64,000 nucleotides of DNA from Lingula anatina (lineage: Eukaryota > Animalia > Brachiopoda). The stretch lies in assembly GCA_051362555.1 (NCBI GenBank), contig CM120644.1, positions 3,418,954 through 3,482,953 on the forward strand. Direction: 5' to 3'. The position numbers were made by a program, and so were the translations under genes. This document shows positions 40,671 through 52,548 of this stretch, one piece after another (the first letter of the stretch is position 1; every line of letters starts with the position of its first letter). The notes beneath the pieces are model-generated. The model did not search any database and had not been told where the DNA came from. It saw only the letters and a program-made list of their open reading frames with translations.

Positions 40671-41013
40671 GTAAGTCTGAAATATTGGAAATGCTTTGCA
40701 GTATCATAAGAGCCTTGCTAAGATGTCATAGTTTACTGTCTCTTTGGGATACAAGGATATCGGATTCTTTTGCCTCAAAGCAGACATAAAATAACTGTCA
40801 TTAAAACTTCATTAGAAATTATTATGAGATTTCTAAGACATCTTTCTTCATTCAGCAGAATTAATAATGAAATTTTTAAGAATTTTTTTTTCTACTTACA
40901 AACTGAAAAATCTATTCCTGGGCCAATTAATCACACCCATTATCATTCCCTGAGATAACTATATGAATTTCTGCATGTATTCACCAATATATTTATGTTT
41001 TCCCCCCTATCAG

Positions 41014-41208
41014 GAGCATGGTTTAGTGCTGGTCGCCCCAGAGGCAGGAGAACCTGAGCTGAGCGCGGCAGATCTCGACAGTAAAAAAGGGTTCTCAGCG
41101 CTGCTGGTCAGCCCTGCCACAGCACAGATCCTGGAGAAACTGGGTGAAGGCTCAATAGACGATAAAATTAGGAGGTTAGCCTCAGAAAAAGAAGAGTTAT
41201 TAGACCAA
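41014..41208 (+). CDS. LRRFIP2: LRRFIP exon
   Basis: cag|EHGLVLV...LVSPATAQILEKLGEGSIDDKIRRLASEKEELLDQ|gtaagt. Confidence 0.92.
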
Positions 41209-42189
41209 GTAAGTTTTAATCTTTTTTTTTTTTTCTGTGTTTACTGTGTCTACTCACTGGCCATTTGTAAGATAGTAGGGTTACAGAAATACAGCACATT
41301 TCAAGTTTTTTTGAAAGTCGTATTGGGGTTTAGATAATTTAGCTGAGTTTTTTCATTTCCAAATTATTATAAAAGAAACATACCTATTAATATGAAATAA
41401 ATGTTTTGATAGTGATTTAAAAGCATGAATATAATATCAACAAATAGCTTAAGTATAGTAACATAGAAGCTTTACTAATTCAGTATATTTAGGACTAATC
41501 AAATATAGCCTTCTTGATTGTTGTTTTAAGTGTGCTGCAGTGGCGCCCCATACTCATTAACTTTAATAAATAGCAGAAAGAAATGGACAGATAATGCTTG
41601 TAATAGGAATGCTATTAATACATTTAATCTGTGGAAGTGGGGAGAAGTTGCCTTTAGCCTGGTAGATTAAATCACATTAGGCAGACCTACTTCAAATTAG
41701 ACTGCAACAAAATGACTAATGTTAGATATACTTTTTGATAACATTGCACATTAATTATTTGATCGATTAACGTGTACAGTCATTTATTTATTTATTTATA
41801 TTTTTATTTGGGAAGGGTGGGTAGATTTTCTGCATAGAACCTCTGCCTGTCTACTCAGTGTATTACAAGCTTGAAAAAGTCCTGCATTGTTAAAACTGAA
41901 TGAACTTCAGAGAAAAAAAAAATACTCACTAGGTTTTCTAAACAGTAATAAAAGGTTGCAGATTTTCATGTGTAACACAATTACTGATATAATTATGATG
42001 ATATTACCATTTGAGCTCCATCTCATGATTTCTTAAAATTTGTATTTACATTTTCTGTAAGAGCTTTGAAGTGTATTCTCCATGTAGAGTACTAGTAGTA
42101 CGAGTTCCAAGTCAGGCATGAATAGCGAGCATGAAGTTCATTGTAATTGTTATTCTTTATTCATTAATTTACTTTTCCCTGCAAATTAG

Positions 42190-42310
42190 GTTAAAAGGCT
42201 ACGCCAAGAACTTGAAGAGGAGAGAGACAGGAACTCTCTATCTGCTAAGTACAGTCCAAACAAAGCCCAGATGAATGGGCCTAGTGATGAACATTTGGAG
42301 CAGTACCAGC
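42190..42310 (+). CDS. LRRFIP2: LRRFIP exon
   Basis: tag|VKRLRQELEEERDRN...MNGPSDEHLEQYQ(R)|gtgagt, phase 0/1. Confidence 0.9.
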
Positions 42311-42317
42311 GTGAGTG

Positions 42318-42530
42318 GGCCCGGGCCACTTACAGCACCATCAGAACAGCAGACTAACAGAGCCGCGGATCAAATATGGTGACCCACTGAAAAGCTTGCT
42401 GCTTAAATCCAGATTAGACACTGAATAGATTCCCAGGGAATTACGCAACAAGCGTTCAAGTGGGTCGGCCATATTTGACCCTGGGATCTGTTAGACTTCT
42501 GCTCTGAATGTGCTGTTAGATAAAGTCCCT
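42318..42530. mobile_element. Degenerate palindromic MITE just downstream of the exon donor
   Basis: Imperfect inverted arms: ctaacaga..ggatcaaatatggtgacccactgaa vs ttcaagtgggtcggccatatttgaccc..tctgttag. Confidence 0.55.
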
Positions 42531-42570
42531 TTTCTGAGCTTCATAACAGTGCTAGTTTTTTTCGGATAAA

Positions 42571-42785
42571 TTCCTCCCCAAAGAGGTCATGTTTTAATTC
42601 ACCTCTATTTGCTCACCAACAGCAATTTTGAATAATGATTTTTAACGGATTCTTCACCATTGCGAGATAGAGTAAATTACCTTGATCCTCTGTGCAATGA
42701 ACGTGATCTCGTCCACCACAGTTTATCAAATTGTAAATTTAAATTCCTTGGTGGAGGTCTGCGCTGTCTGAGTGCTCTTCTAGTT
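42571..42785 (+). mobile_element. Short Helentron/HINE-like non-autonomous element
   Basis: 5' ttcctccccaaagaggtcatgtttt and 3' ccttggtggaggtctgcgctgtctgagtgctcttctagtt (subterminal inverted repeat plus 3' hairpin). Confidence 0.55.
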
Positions 42786-42982
42786 TTAAACTAAGTCAAG
42801 AACATAAGGGCTGAGTATAATATATCTCAAATACAAGCAGGCCATGCTTGAATCTGAGATTCATTTTGTCTTGGTGTGTGGTTTTTTTTTGACATCTGGG
42901 GTTTTTAAGTGAGTGAACTTTTAATTCATGTTAAAAAGTTTTGAGTAATTTCCGTATTGATATTTTCGGCTTTTCACTTCAG

Positions 42983-43062
42983 GAGAGGCCAGTAAACAGG
43001 TACAGGAACACAAGGCTAAATTACAAAAAGCAGAAGCAGATATTACAGCTTTAGAAGGAAAC
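42983..43062 (+). CDS. LRRFIP2: LRRFIP exon
   Basis: ttcag|(R)EASKQVQEHKAKLQKAEADITALEGN|gtaagt. Confidence 0.92.
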
Positions 43063-43345
43063 GTAAGTAGATAGCTTTACCTCATGCAGTGCCCATAGCT
43101 AGAAGATTACATTGTCTTATATTGATTTTTCGTCTTGCATGGTGGCCAAACTCATTTCTTGTAGAAAAAAACCCATGCTGTTCTTTAATACAAAATATTA
43201 TTGTATAATGTCTCTAATTTTATTTTTTAAAAGTCACATAATTTAAGTAACAGGGTAGAAATTATTTCTAGAAAACTTTCAATTTAAACTGGGATTTTAA
43301 ACACAAATCCATTTAAAGTATTATTATTATTATTATTGCTATTAG

Positions 43346-43450
43346 GTTATTAGGTTAGAAAGTCAAGTTAAAAGGTACAAAGCTGCAGCAGACAATGCAG
43401 AGAAGGCAGAAGAGGAACTGAAAACTGAGAAAAGGAAATTGCAAAGAGAG
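43346..43450 (+). CDS. LRRFIP2: LRRFIP exon
   Basis: ttag|[35 protein letters not shown]|gtgaga. Confidence 0.93.
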
Positions 43451-44337
43451 GTGAGAAAAACTGCCATGTTTCCTTGCTACGTTTTCTAAGAACTGCTCAT
43501 AGCCTGCTCTCTTTGTATGGGTTGTGTGAGAAGATGTCTGAAGTGATTTGTCCTAATATGTCAAGAAGTATTTTACAATCTTCTGCATTAGTTTGTGATT
43601 AAGGCCCTTTTGGTTCAGACAATTCTGAATCTGCTTTGATTTAGAAAGTTCAAAATTAATTTTTTTTGTTGCTAAAGGCACTAATATAAAAATTTATGTT
43701 GTGGAGGGGGGGGGGAGGACAGGTTATATCATGGGAAATACCCTGTGATACAATTGTCTTAAACTCTCTCTGTACTTGAAATAAAATTGTAATTCCAACT
43801 GGGGTATTTTTAACATGGAAGTTTTAGTATACAGATGTACCTTTCAGATTGCTTCTTTATCGCTAGACATATTAAAAATAGATCCAAAAAATTATCCAGT
43901 AGACATAACATCTTCACAATTCTTTCATTTGATTAATATAAAATTCAGATTCAGCTGTTTTCTGCTGCATTTTTTAGGAACACAGTTTTAAGCCATTATG
44001 TACTCCTTTCTTGTTTTGCTTTTTTTCCCCGTCATGTTTTTTTCCTTGATGGGCTTCAGTTAGCATGTGACAATTTGGCTAATGGTCAACTATGAAAAAT
44101 GTCCAAAATCATTGTTGAATTTATAAAGATGAAAATATTTTCAGTTTTTTAAGTTGATAAGTTAATCGAAATGTTTCAGCCATTTGACCAAAAAGAGGAA
44201 TAAGAAATCCTACATTTATTTATAAATTTCCTACATTTATTTATAATTATGATTCTGTATCCTAATTGAACCAGTCCTTTACCTTGCTTTCACCTTTTGC
44301 TTTATTTCACCACGAGGGACATATTTTTCTATTTTAG

Positions 44338-44433
44338 CTTCGAGATGCGCAGTCAAATATGGAACACCTGCAGAAACACAATCAGTCCTTGCAGAGACGG
44401 TTGGATAAAATGCGAGAGGCCCGTTTTGTCTGA
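44338..44433 (+). CDS. LRRFIP2: LRRFIP alternative terminal exon A (proximal)
   Basis: ttttag|LRDAQSNMEHLQKHNQSLQRRLDKMREARFV*; AATAAA at ~44796. Confidence 0.8.
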   Translation, partial: LRDAQSNMEHLQKHNQSLQRRLDKMREARFV

Positions 44434-45159
44434 GGTGTCCTGTTTCGCGTTTTGTTTTCCATTATCTTTTATGCTTGTGCACATGCATTATTTAATTGCA
44501 TCTCATGTTTTTTTCCTTCTCTTTATTACCTTACGGTAGATTGTTTTTTGTTCCATGATAGCATTATGCAGTAGGTAGATCTAGTTTGCAGGCTGGGGTT
44601 GGAAGGGAAAAGGACGGACCTCATGATTTTTTTTTCTTCAGTGTAAATCTACTGTTCTGGTGACAGCCTTTTTCAAGCCTCAGTTTGGATCTGAGCATGT
44701 AGATTGTTGTCCGGGTTTCTCCAATCAGATCAGTGCTTACATTCCTGTGCTCTTTGTAACACTACTTTTAATGGGGCATCTTTGGATACTTAACAAATAA
44801 ATGAGTTGTTAGTGAAAATGGAAATATTGGGTTTCAGGTATTTTCATTTTGTTTATGGGAAAATTGTAATTGTCAAAAACATTTTTAATGTCTTTTAAAC
44901 AGTGTGTGTATTTTACATTTTATGTCGATTTGTTTTTAAGATACAGTTGGGGTTGAATTATGGGGTTGGGGTTAAGTTTGGAGTAATTGGGGAACGTTCT
45001 TCCTACTTCCTGGCCCAGCTTGCCTGATCTGCCATATTAACAGAGCATGTTGCTACTGTTGCTGACAAACTGATCCGCATCATCATTGACAGCAGCAGTA
45101 AAGATGAAACATTGTATATCATTGATTGCATTATTTAATTCTTTAAGTTAATAATATTT

Positions 45160-46850
45160 TTATGTACAGACACAGATGTGTCTGTACATATTGCCATCGC
45201 CTGCGTCTGTCGTCGCCGATGCCGATGGCGATGGCGATGCCGATGCCGATGCCGATGCCGTGCACTTTCCTTGTAAACACGATAAGTGGAGGGCAGTTTT
45301 ACTTTTTGGCATTATATTTACAGAGCTGGTGAATATTCATAAAACGCAGGTCAAGTTCGAAAATCAGCATGATCGGGCCATTATTGTAGAAGTTATGCTG
45401 TTTTTTCACTTTTCAGCATATTTTTCACATTTCCTCAGATTCAATTCTTAGGCATGTTAACAGTCTCATTATTAAACTAATAAGATACGTAAAAGTTTTT
45501 GTTTGACATTTCCTGCATCTTTACAACATTGTTAGTTGATTTTGTAAAAATGATGGTAAACTTGTTATCGTGTATTGTGTAATGAAGTTTCAAAAATGGA
45601 AATAAACTCATATCATTGCAGTTTGTCAGATTCAATCATTCACTATGTTCAGAATCTCAGAATGGAAGAAATTGGACATTTAACACTGCTTTATTGATAT
45701 TTTTCCCATCTCATCAATTTTCTTAGTTGATCATATAAAAATGGCAGTAAACTGTTAATTTTGTTTTATGTTAAAAATTGTTAAAAATGGGAAAAAAAAC
45801 ATTTCAGAACAGTGCTGTCTTATTTACATTTTGGCATTTTCAAGTTGTGACTTTGAAGTTCCATGGGCCTGAAGACCTTTGCTAGTCACATTTTCTGAAT
45901 ATCCATGATACTAATATTTTATTATTAAAAATTGATGGTCATTATGCTGTTAAACATTATGTAATATTGCATCAAAATTTGAAAAAAACCTACTTTGGGC
46001 ACTGCTCCCATGATGACCATTTAAGAAAAACCATGTCACTTACTGTTCTCAAACAGTACAGTAAATATGTACAGATGTGTCAAAAATGTGTCTGTACATA
46101 TTGCCATCACCTGCGTCTGTCTTCGCCGTCAGCGCCTTCACCGCTGTCACCAGCGCCTTGCACTTTCATTGTAAACATGATAAGTGGAAGGCAGTTTTAC
46201 TTTTGGGCTTTATATTTACAGAGCTGATGAATATTAATAAAACGCAGGTCAAGTTCGAAAATTAGCATGATCGGGCCATTATTGTAGAAGTTATGCTTTT
46301 TTTTCACTTTTCAGCATATTTCACATATTGGCATTTTCAAGGTGTGACTTTGAAGTTCTACATGCTTGAAGACCCATGCTAGTCACATTTTCTGAAAATC
46401 CATGATACGTATATTTTATTATTAAAAATTGACGGTCATTATGCTGTTAACCAATATGTAATATTGCATCAGAATAGAAGAAAACAATTATGGGTGCTGC
46501 TGCCATGATGACCATTATTGGAAAACCATGTTACTTATGATTGCCAAATGTTCAAAAAAAGAAACACAGGACTAAAATGCAGCCTGGGTTGGAAAAGTAG
46601 TCTAATTGGCTTCTTTTTCTTTAAGTTATACATTTTCAAAGTGTGAACTTGAACTCCCATGGGCCTGAAGCCTTATGCTTGTTACACGTTTTACTTACAT
46701 TGGTATTACCTGTTGAGCATAATTAAAATTTGATGTTGAATTTGCAGTTTAACATAATGTACTTTTGCATCAGAATTGACAGTAGCCTATTTTATGCATA
46801 GTTATTTCCTGCTTTTTGTCTGTACATTTGACAGCTTTGCTGCCTTGTTT
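45160..46850 (+). mobile_element. Helentron-associated (HINE/DINE-1-like) element with a second nested 5' head
   Basis: SubTIR atgtacagaca (45162) with adjacent inverted copy tgtctgtacat (45179), (GCCGAT)n microsatellite, internal repeats, second head at ~46067, 3' subTIR tgtctgtacat (46817) plus hairpin cagc-ttt-gctg, T-rich flanks. Confidence 0.72.
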
Positions 46851-48107
46851 TGTTTGTTACCTTCACCCCAACCCCCTTCCTTTTTTTTTTTTTTTTTGTA
46901 TTGAGTGGTTTGTGCATCAGTTTTCAGTTACTTGAACCAGAAGTCAAAATGGTGGCACCACCATTGTGCCACAGCAGGTAGCACAGTAGTTTTAACTTGC
47001 ATGGACTTGGTTTCCTTGGTTGCCTCGCAGTGAATAAATACTGATTGTTATGACAGTACTAAACTAGATTATAACCAAGGTCTTTGTATTATTATTATTT
47101 TTTAATAGGAGTGTTATCAGTAAATAAATTTTAAAAGATTGGTGGCAAAGGTTGCATTTGAAAAAAAATTCATTATAGTTACTTACAAAATTTTGGTTCT
47201 TTTTCATATTAAGGTAAACTGAAAAATATGTTGTAATATCCATTCACCATACTAAACATGGGTTATCATTCTTCAAACAAATTTAAATTTAGCCCGCTGA
47301 TGTTGTGTGATCAATTCACATTGTCTTGGTGTTGTTTTCAGTTAAAATTAATCTCTGTGAAGCACCGTATAAAAGTTTGGTAACTGTTGCACCACTAACC
47401 GTTGGCTCTTATGTTTGAGGAAGGCTGTGTGTGTATGAAGTCTTCAAAGGATCCAGTACCCCAGATATTGTGGGTGGGAAATTATTTTATAGTGTGTCAG
47501 CATGTGTGCACACAACTGATAGAGACTAATGGTATAGTTTATCTTCACTTGAATAGGGTTAATGTTGAAAGATTGAATGATGCACACTGTAAGACTTTAA
47601 TGTGAAAAATTCATATGGAACAAGTTTTCCTGAGGTAAACAGTTTTTTTTTTCTCGGACTTGCCAGTCAGCTTTCCAGACACTCACTGTTACTCTGTAAA
47701 AATTAAAAAACCCTTGGTTTACACCTAAGCAATAGTTTTTCTAATGCTGCCATTCCTCAGAGCTCAACTCTCACACTGACTCCAGTGTAAAATTGTGTCA
47801 AGATTGTTGATGGGGTGGCAAGGTTCACCAGGAGGTGGTGAATTTGTTTCTTTTTATGCCTCATAAATCAGTGGCATTTATCTATTAAAATGTGATACAG
47901 AAGTTTACCATGCCCTCTGATAACTTCACAAGAAGTGGTTTATGTACATAAAGTGTGTTTAAAATCCTGCACTTAATCAATTTAAATCCTAACTAGGCTG
48001 AGGTGCATCACAGATAATCTGGTTAAACAACTATTTGCTTGCCCAAAGAATTTGAAGTGCTATTGAATAATGAAGAGGTCCAAAATGTTTAGATTTTTGT
48101 ATACTAT

Positions 48108-48322
48108 GGGTGCATTCCCATAGATTTTAGATCAATCTATCCTCGTGGGGAGTCTCACTAGATTACTGTCAGATAATCTGTCTTAAATGGCCGTCCCGCC
48201 TACTACAAGCTGTAAGGGGGTAATTAACTTTCGTGCCCGCTCAGCTGACAGCTATTTAGCGTGAACCCCCCAGGGAGTTAGGTCGATCTAGTTGGATCGA
48301 TCTAATCTCTGGGAATGGGGTC
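48108..48322. mobile_element. Degenerate MITE
   Basis: Imperfect inverted ends cattcccatagatt..gatc / gatc..aatctctgggaatg. Confidence 0.45.
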
Positions 48323-48924
48323 TATGTTAACACTTACTAAGATAGCTTGTCTAACAGTTCAGACTTGAGTAATGTAGAGGCTTGCTTGGTTCAATAGAAA
48401 ACTGATGCATGTTTCAACCACATCACAGATGCCCTCCTTTGCAATGGATGATCTCCTAGAACTAAATTTATGTGGTTCATTTAAATTCAAAGTTATTAAA
48501 AGTATTTTCTTTATATATATATACTTCATGTATATTTACAGAAATTGAGATTATGTTAATGTAAACTTTTTGTTGTAAAGAAAATAAGTTTTCCCTTTTT
48601 TATCACTCCCTAAGTGTGTGAAAAAATTATTTTCTTTTTGTTCTTAACAGTTCTTTCATATGTACTTGATATTTTCTTTGTTTTAAGGCTGGAAATTGCT
48701 GGTTATTCATTACATGCAGACTGGGAAAATCATGGGGTGATGGCCACTGATAAGAAAATTTATGGCTTCTCCATCAGCCTTCTCTTTTTATGATTGCAGC
48801 TCGGGGAAACACATTCAAGCCACAGAAGACTAATGCTTTTATTTTATTGTTAAATCCAACTTTCTTAGAAACTCAAAATGTTATGTTCATATTTTCTTAA
48901 TTTAGTTTTTCTGTTTCATTGCAG

Positions 48925-49032
48925 CTTCGAGAAACGCAAAATGTTGTGGAAGAACTTCAGAACCAGAACAGTCATCTCAGCAAGAGACTAGAAAAAATAA
49001 AAACTGCAAGAAATGCATTAGTAAAGCCATGA
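48925..49032 (+). CDS. LRRFIP2: LRRFIP alternative terminal exon B (distal, canonical-like)
   Basis: ttgcag|LRETQNVVEELQNQNSHLSKRLEKIKTARNALVKP*; NSHLxKRLEK is the canonical LRRFIP C-terminus. Confidence 0.88.
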   Translation, partial: LRETQNVVEELQNQNSHLSKRLEKIKTARNALVKP

Positions 49033-51840
49033 GGAAACTAAGGAAGGAAGAAAATGTATGACGAGAGTGTTTTTCTTTTTATATCTAAATGTGATCTAAT
49101 TCCATGAGGAGGCAGACATTCTAATGTGGTCTTTATCATCAGATCTTCCAACAGCCTAGTGCAGCTGACCAGAAGACACTACCATTTAAGGCTTTGCCAA
49201 AAGCATTTGACAGAGTTGTGCTCTTCACATTGCCCTATTACAGAGGTTTCAGGATGTACGTGACCTAATTTCCCTCCCAGTTCTAGAGCGTAAGGAATTG
49301 TATGACACCCTTGTGACCCGTTTCCCCTCCCAGTTCTAGAGCCAAAGGAATTAAACAATATATGCTTCCTATTTCCTCTCCTAGCTCCAGAGTGATAATA
49401 ATTTTCCCATTTTTTTCTGGGTCTACGTTTGCTGGATGTTCTTTTCTACTGCAATATAAGTTCCTAGAGTAACAAGAATAAATTTTGTAGACTTAACAGA
49501 AGTTAATCACACTGTTGGACTTGGATTTTCCAAATAAACAATAATTTGACAGCAGTTGCTAAATGAAGTCCTGTTCTTCAAGGAGGACTTAGAAATTCTA
49601 CGCACTTTTCAAAAGGGCTGGTTACCACGGTAACTGTGCCCCCTGTTCTGGAGGAACTACAAGCTGGACAGGCAGCAAATGTGTCACACTTGAAGAGAAA
49701 AGGATACTCTACAGACCTTGCCGGAAAAATAATTTATTGTTCCAAATAATGCAATCAGCAGATAAATGCCAGTGATATCCTAATGAAGCATCAGTAGAGA
49801 CAACAGCTTCTAGTTTGTTTCATTGCCCTAACGGGCTCATATCTGCTAGATAATGTTATTGCTGGGGTAATTCCAGCAGCTTTAATTGGTCAACAGATCA
49901 GGATGTTACTTAATTCAGGGGCAACTAGAAGGATGGGGGAGACATGTGTTGTAGGATTCCTGTTAATTCCCATCAGTTCAACAGCCCCTGTGGAAAACTG
50001 CTAAAATCCTGGTTGTGCACTGAGATTTGAAATCATGCTACAATGCAATTTAATTGTATTTGGATAAAACCATTCGGACGATGTTGTATCATACCAGTTT
50101 CACAATTTTGATCAGGACATTTTGTTACCATTTACTGCATAATGATTTGCTATTTCCTTGGAGAACATGTAAGCAGTCACAACTTGCTAGCTGACAAAGT
50201 ATAGTTAAGTGGTTAGGTGATAGTCTTCTGATGCTCAGTAATCTTTTGGTATGAGCAGTTTCATCATCAATGTGTCTACTATAACTAATTGCTGGGTCAC
50301 ACATTGATGCTAGCCTTATCATGTTTCGCAGCCTGGCTATGTAAAATTTCAGTTTGGCCACCCTTTTTGATGTATCTCATTTTACAGGCCCTCCATTTTA
50401 TTTATTTATCTGTATATTTATTTATTTTAATTTTGTTCGGAAAAGCTAATGTTATGTCCTATGTTATTATAATTGGAGGTTTTTCCACATTTGGTGGACA
50501 TTTTTTAATGCCAAAAAATATGAACAACAGAAAATGCTGATACCAAATATGTTTTTCTTCAAAAACTAACTAAGGCAATTTTATATCAAGGAATCTTTGT
50601 TTGGTGGGCACTGTACTACTCAGATATTGCATCCAGAAAATGAAAATTCACATAAAACACCCATGCAAAAGGGTGGCCTGCAGGCTGAGGCTATAAACCA
50701 TATTAACACGACTGAGAATTTTAGTTAATTGGCCAATTTCAGCTCATCTGCCTTTGGTCTCTACTCATGCCTAAAGAAAAAAAAATGGGTGTAAAAATTG
50801 GGACTCCCTCTCCTGCTGGTAGCACACGTTATGTATCTGCCTGAGCTCTTCGTTGCTTCACGTGGTAACTCTGGGATGACCTCCTTAATGTTATTGTGAC
50901 TTAAGAAAATATACACCGAAATCAAGGGGCATTTGGGTCAACAAATATATGGACTAAGAAAAAAGCTTTTTGATATAGAACGGCTTTCAAGTGTCACATA
51001 AAAATATATGAATAAATTTTTTCTCTATAGTTGGTTTTTTTGTAATTATTAATCCCACAGGTTAATCTCAGGTCTTTTTTTATTGAGGTGTTGCAAAAGG
51101 TGTTATTGATACTTGTTTGTTTCTGTATAACAAGTAAATATTTTTCTTTGTAATTGTTGTTATCATCGATAAATTACCCAAACGCGGGTCATAACCCCTA
51201 TTCATTTGAATACCACAAGGTGGAAATTTCTGTATTTTCAAATACAAACTTTCTTTCAACTGATTTTCTTTACTGCAAATCTGAACTGAAAGTCTCTGCA
51301 TTTGAATATTGTAAAATGAACATAATTTTTTTAAAGAAAAAGAAACTTATTAATTGACTTTTAAGAACTGCATTTAATTGGAATTATCGACCATCATCCT
51401 TTACATACCAGCGTAGCGCAGAACGCGCAGTTCCTACAAGGGGGTTGCTCCTCCCCCCCCTTTCCCCCCCTCGCTGTGATTTGCCCAATACTTCCTTCCC
51501 AGTAGACGGTCCTTTCACGACCGATATAACTGCTAAGTAAAAATTTAATCATTTGTATGTTTTTATCAGGTATTCAGCTGTTTCTCTCCGTATTAAACCC
51601 GGTAATTCTTACCTATCTACTTAATATATTAAATAAGAAAAGCTTATTATAAGCTGTTTTTGGAGAAATGTCGTTTAGTCCCATGATGAGATGCCTTTTT
51701 TGATTAAAAAAAATATCCAATTTCAATGATTTATTAAATGTTAGCTGCAATACATGAATGCCATAACACGGACAATAGCTGTATCATATCAAATCATATC
51801 AAAAAAGTTATCAAACACCGTAATCATTCGGCCTTTTCCG

Positions 51841-51890
51841 TATATATACGTCAGTCAACGACCGTTGACGGGGAATCCCCTTTTAAAAAT
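51841..51890 (+). promoter_or_regulatory. Candidate IRG promoter with palindromic NF-kB site
   Basis: GGGGAATCCCC at 51870-51880, CRE half-site tacgtca at 51847, TATA-like tttaaaa at 51882, ~80 nt upstream of ATG 51959. Confidence 0.6.
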
Positions 51891-51958
51891 AGTTGCTGTA
51901 ATTTTCCTTTATTATCGGTACTTTGGATTAACAGAATTCCTACTCGGAGGTCAAGATA

Positions 51959-52006
51959 ATGACTTTTTGCTACATTATTATCTTGCTGTTGACACATCTT
52001 TCACAG
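51959..52006 (+). CDS. IRG exon 1: signal-peptide-like sequence
   Basis: gataATG (A at -3) MTFCYIIILLLTHLSQ|gtaggt; phase 0, joins exon 54510 in frame. Confidence 0.68.
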
Positions 52007-52548
52007 GTAGGTCTGCAATCTGAAGGCAGTAGGCCTAGTGTTATGTGCCACTGAGAGGATGCCGCTACTGTAGGCCTATATGTGTAGTAGGCCGGGTGCG
52101 TGACAACAGTCCGAAAGTTCAATAGTCCAAAGGTTCACTATTTGTTATTGGTTTAGAGTCCTGGTCCCTCTCGTTCGCCGCCACTACACCGTTACCACTC
52201 CTCTCCCTAGGCTATAGGGGCCTGTGTCTTGGATTTTGGTCACTTATCATTCAGCTTGGTCCGCTTAGATTTTGGGGTCTGTTGGTGCATTGATTTAGGT
52301 GTGGCGTTTGTCGCAAAGCACCTTTGTTCAACGTTTGCTAAATATCTCCCAAACCGAAGGAATTATTAAATTACTTCAGAGGGCTGCCCGAAACTCATAT
52401 GTGGAGATTCCAAATATGCCCTAAATTGGTTTTTACTTTGGGCCAAAGTTTTGTAAAAACGGCTGGGAATATTCTGTGAAAAAAATGTTTGCGCCAGTTT
52501 TCAGAAACTACATGTACCTAAGCTTTCATATTATAGTGTGGAGATACT

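Larger units (their letters stand above)
15356..49032 (+). other. LRRFIP2: LRRFIP (leucine-rich repeat flightless-interacting protein, LRRFIP1/2 family) gene span
   Basis: [41 protein letters not shown] and [22 protein letters not shown] are diagnostic LRRFIP (DUF2051) motifs; complete phase-compatible exon chain. Confidence 0.92.

Noticed and set aside
49265-49395. Three ~52-bp spaced repeats (tttccctcccagttctagag) resembling a CRISPR-like array
   Set aside because: Eukaryotic 3' UTR minisatellite; degenerate units and no cas genes
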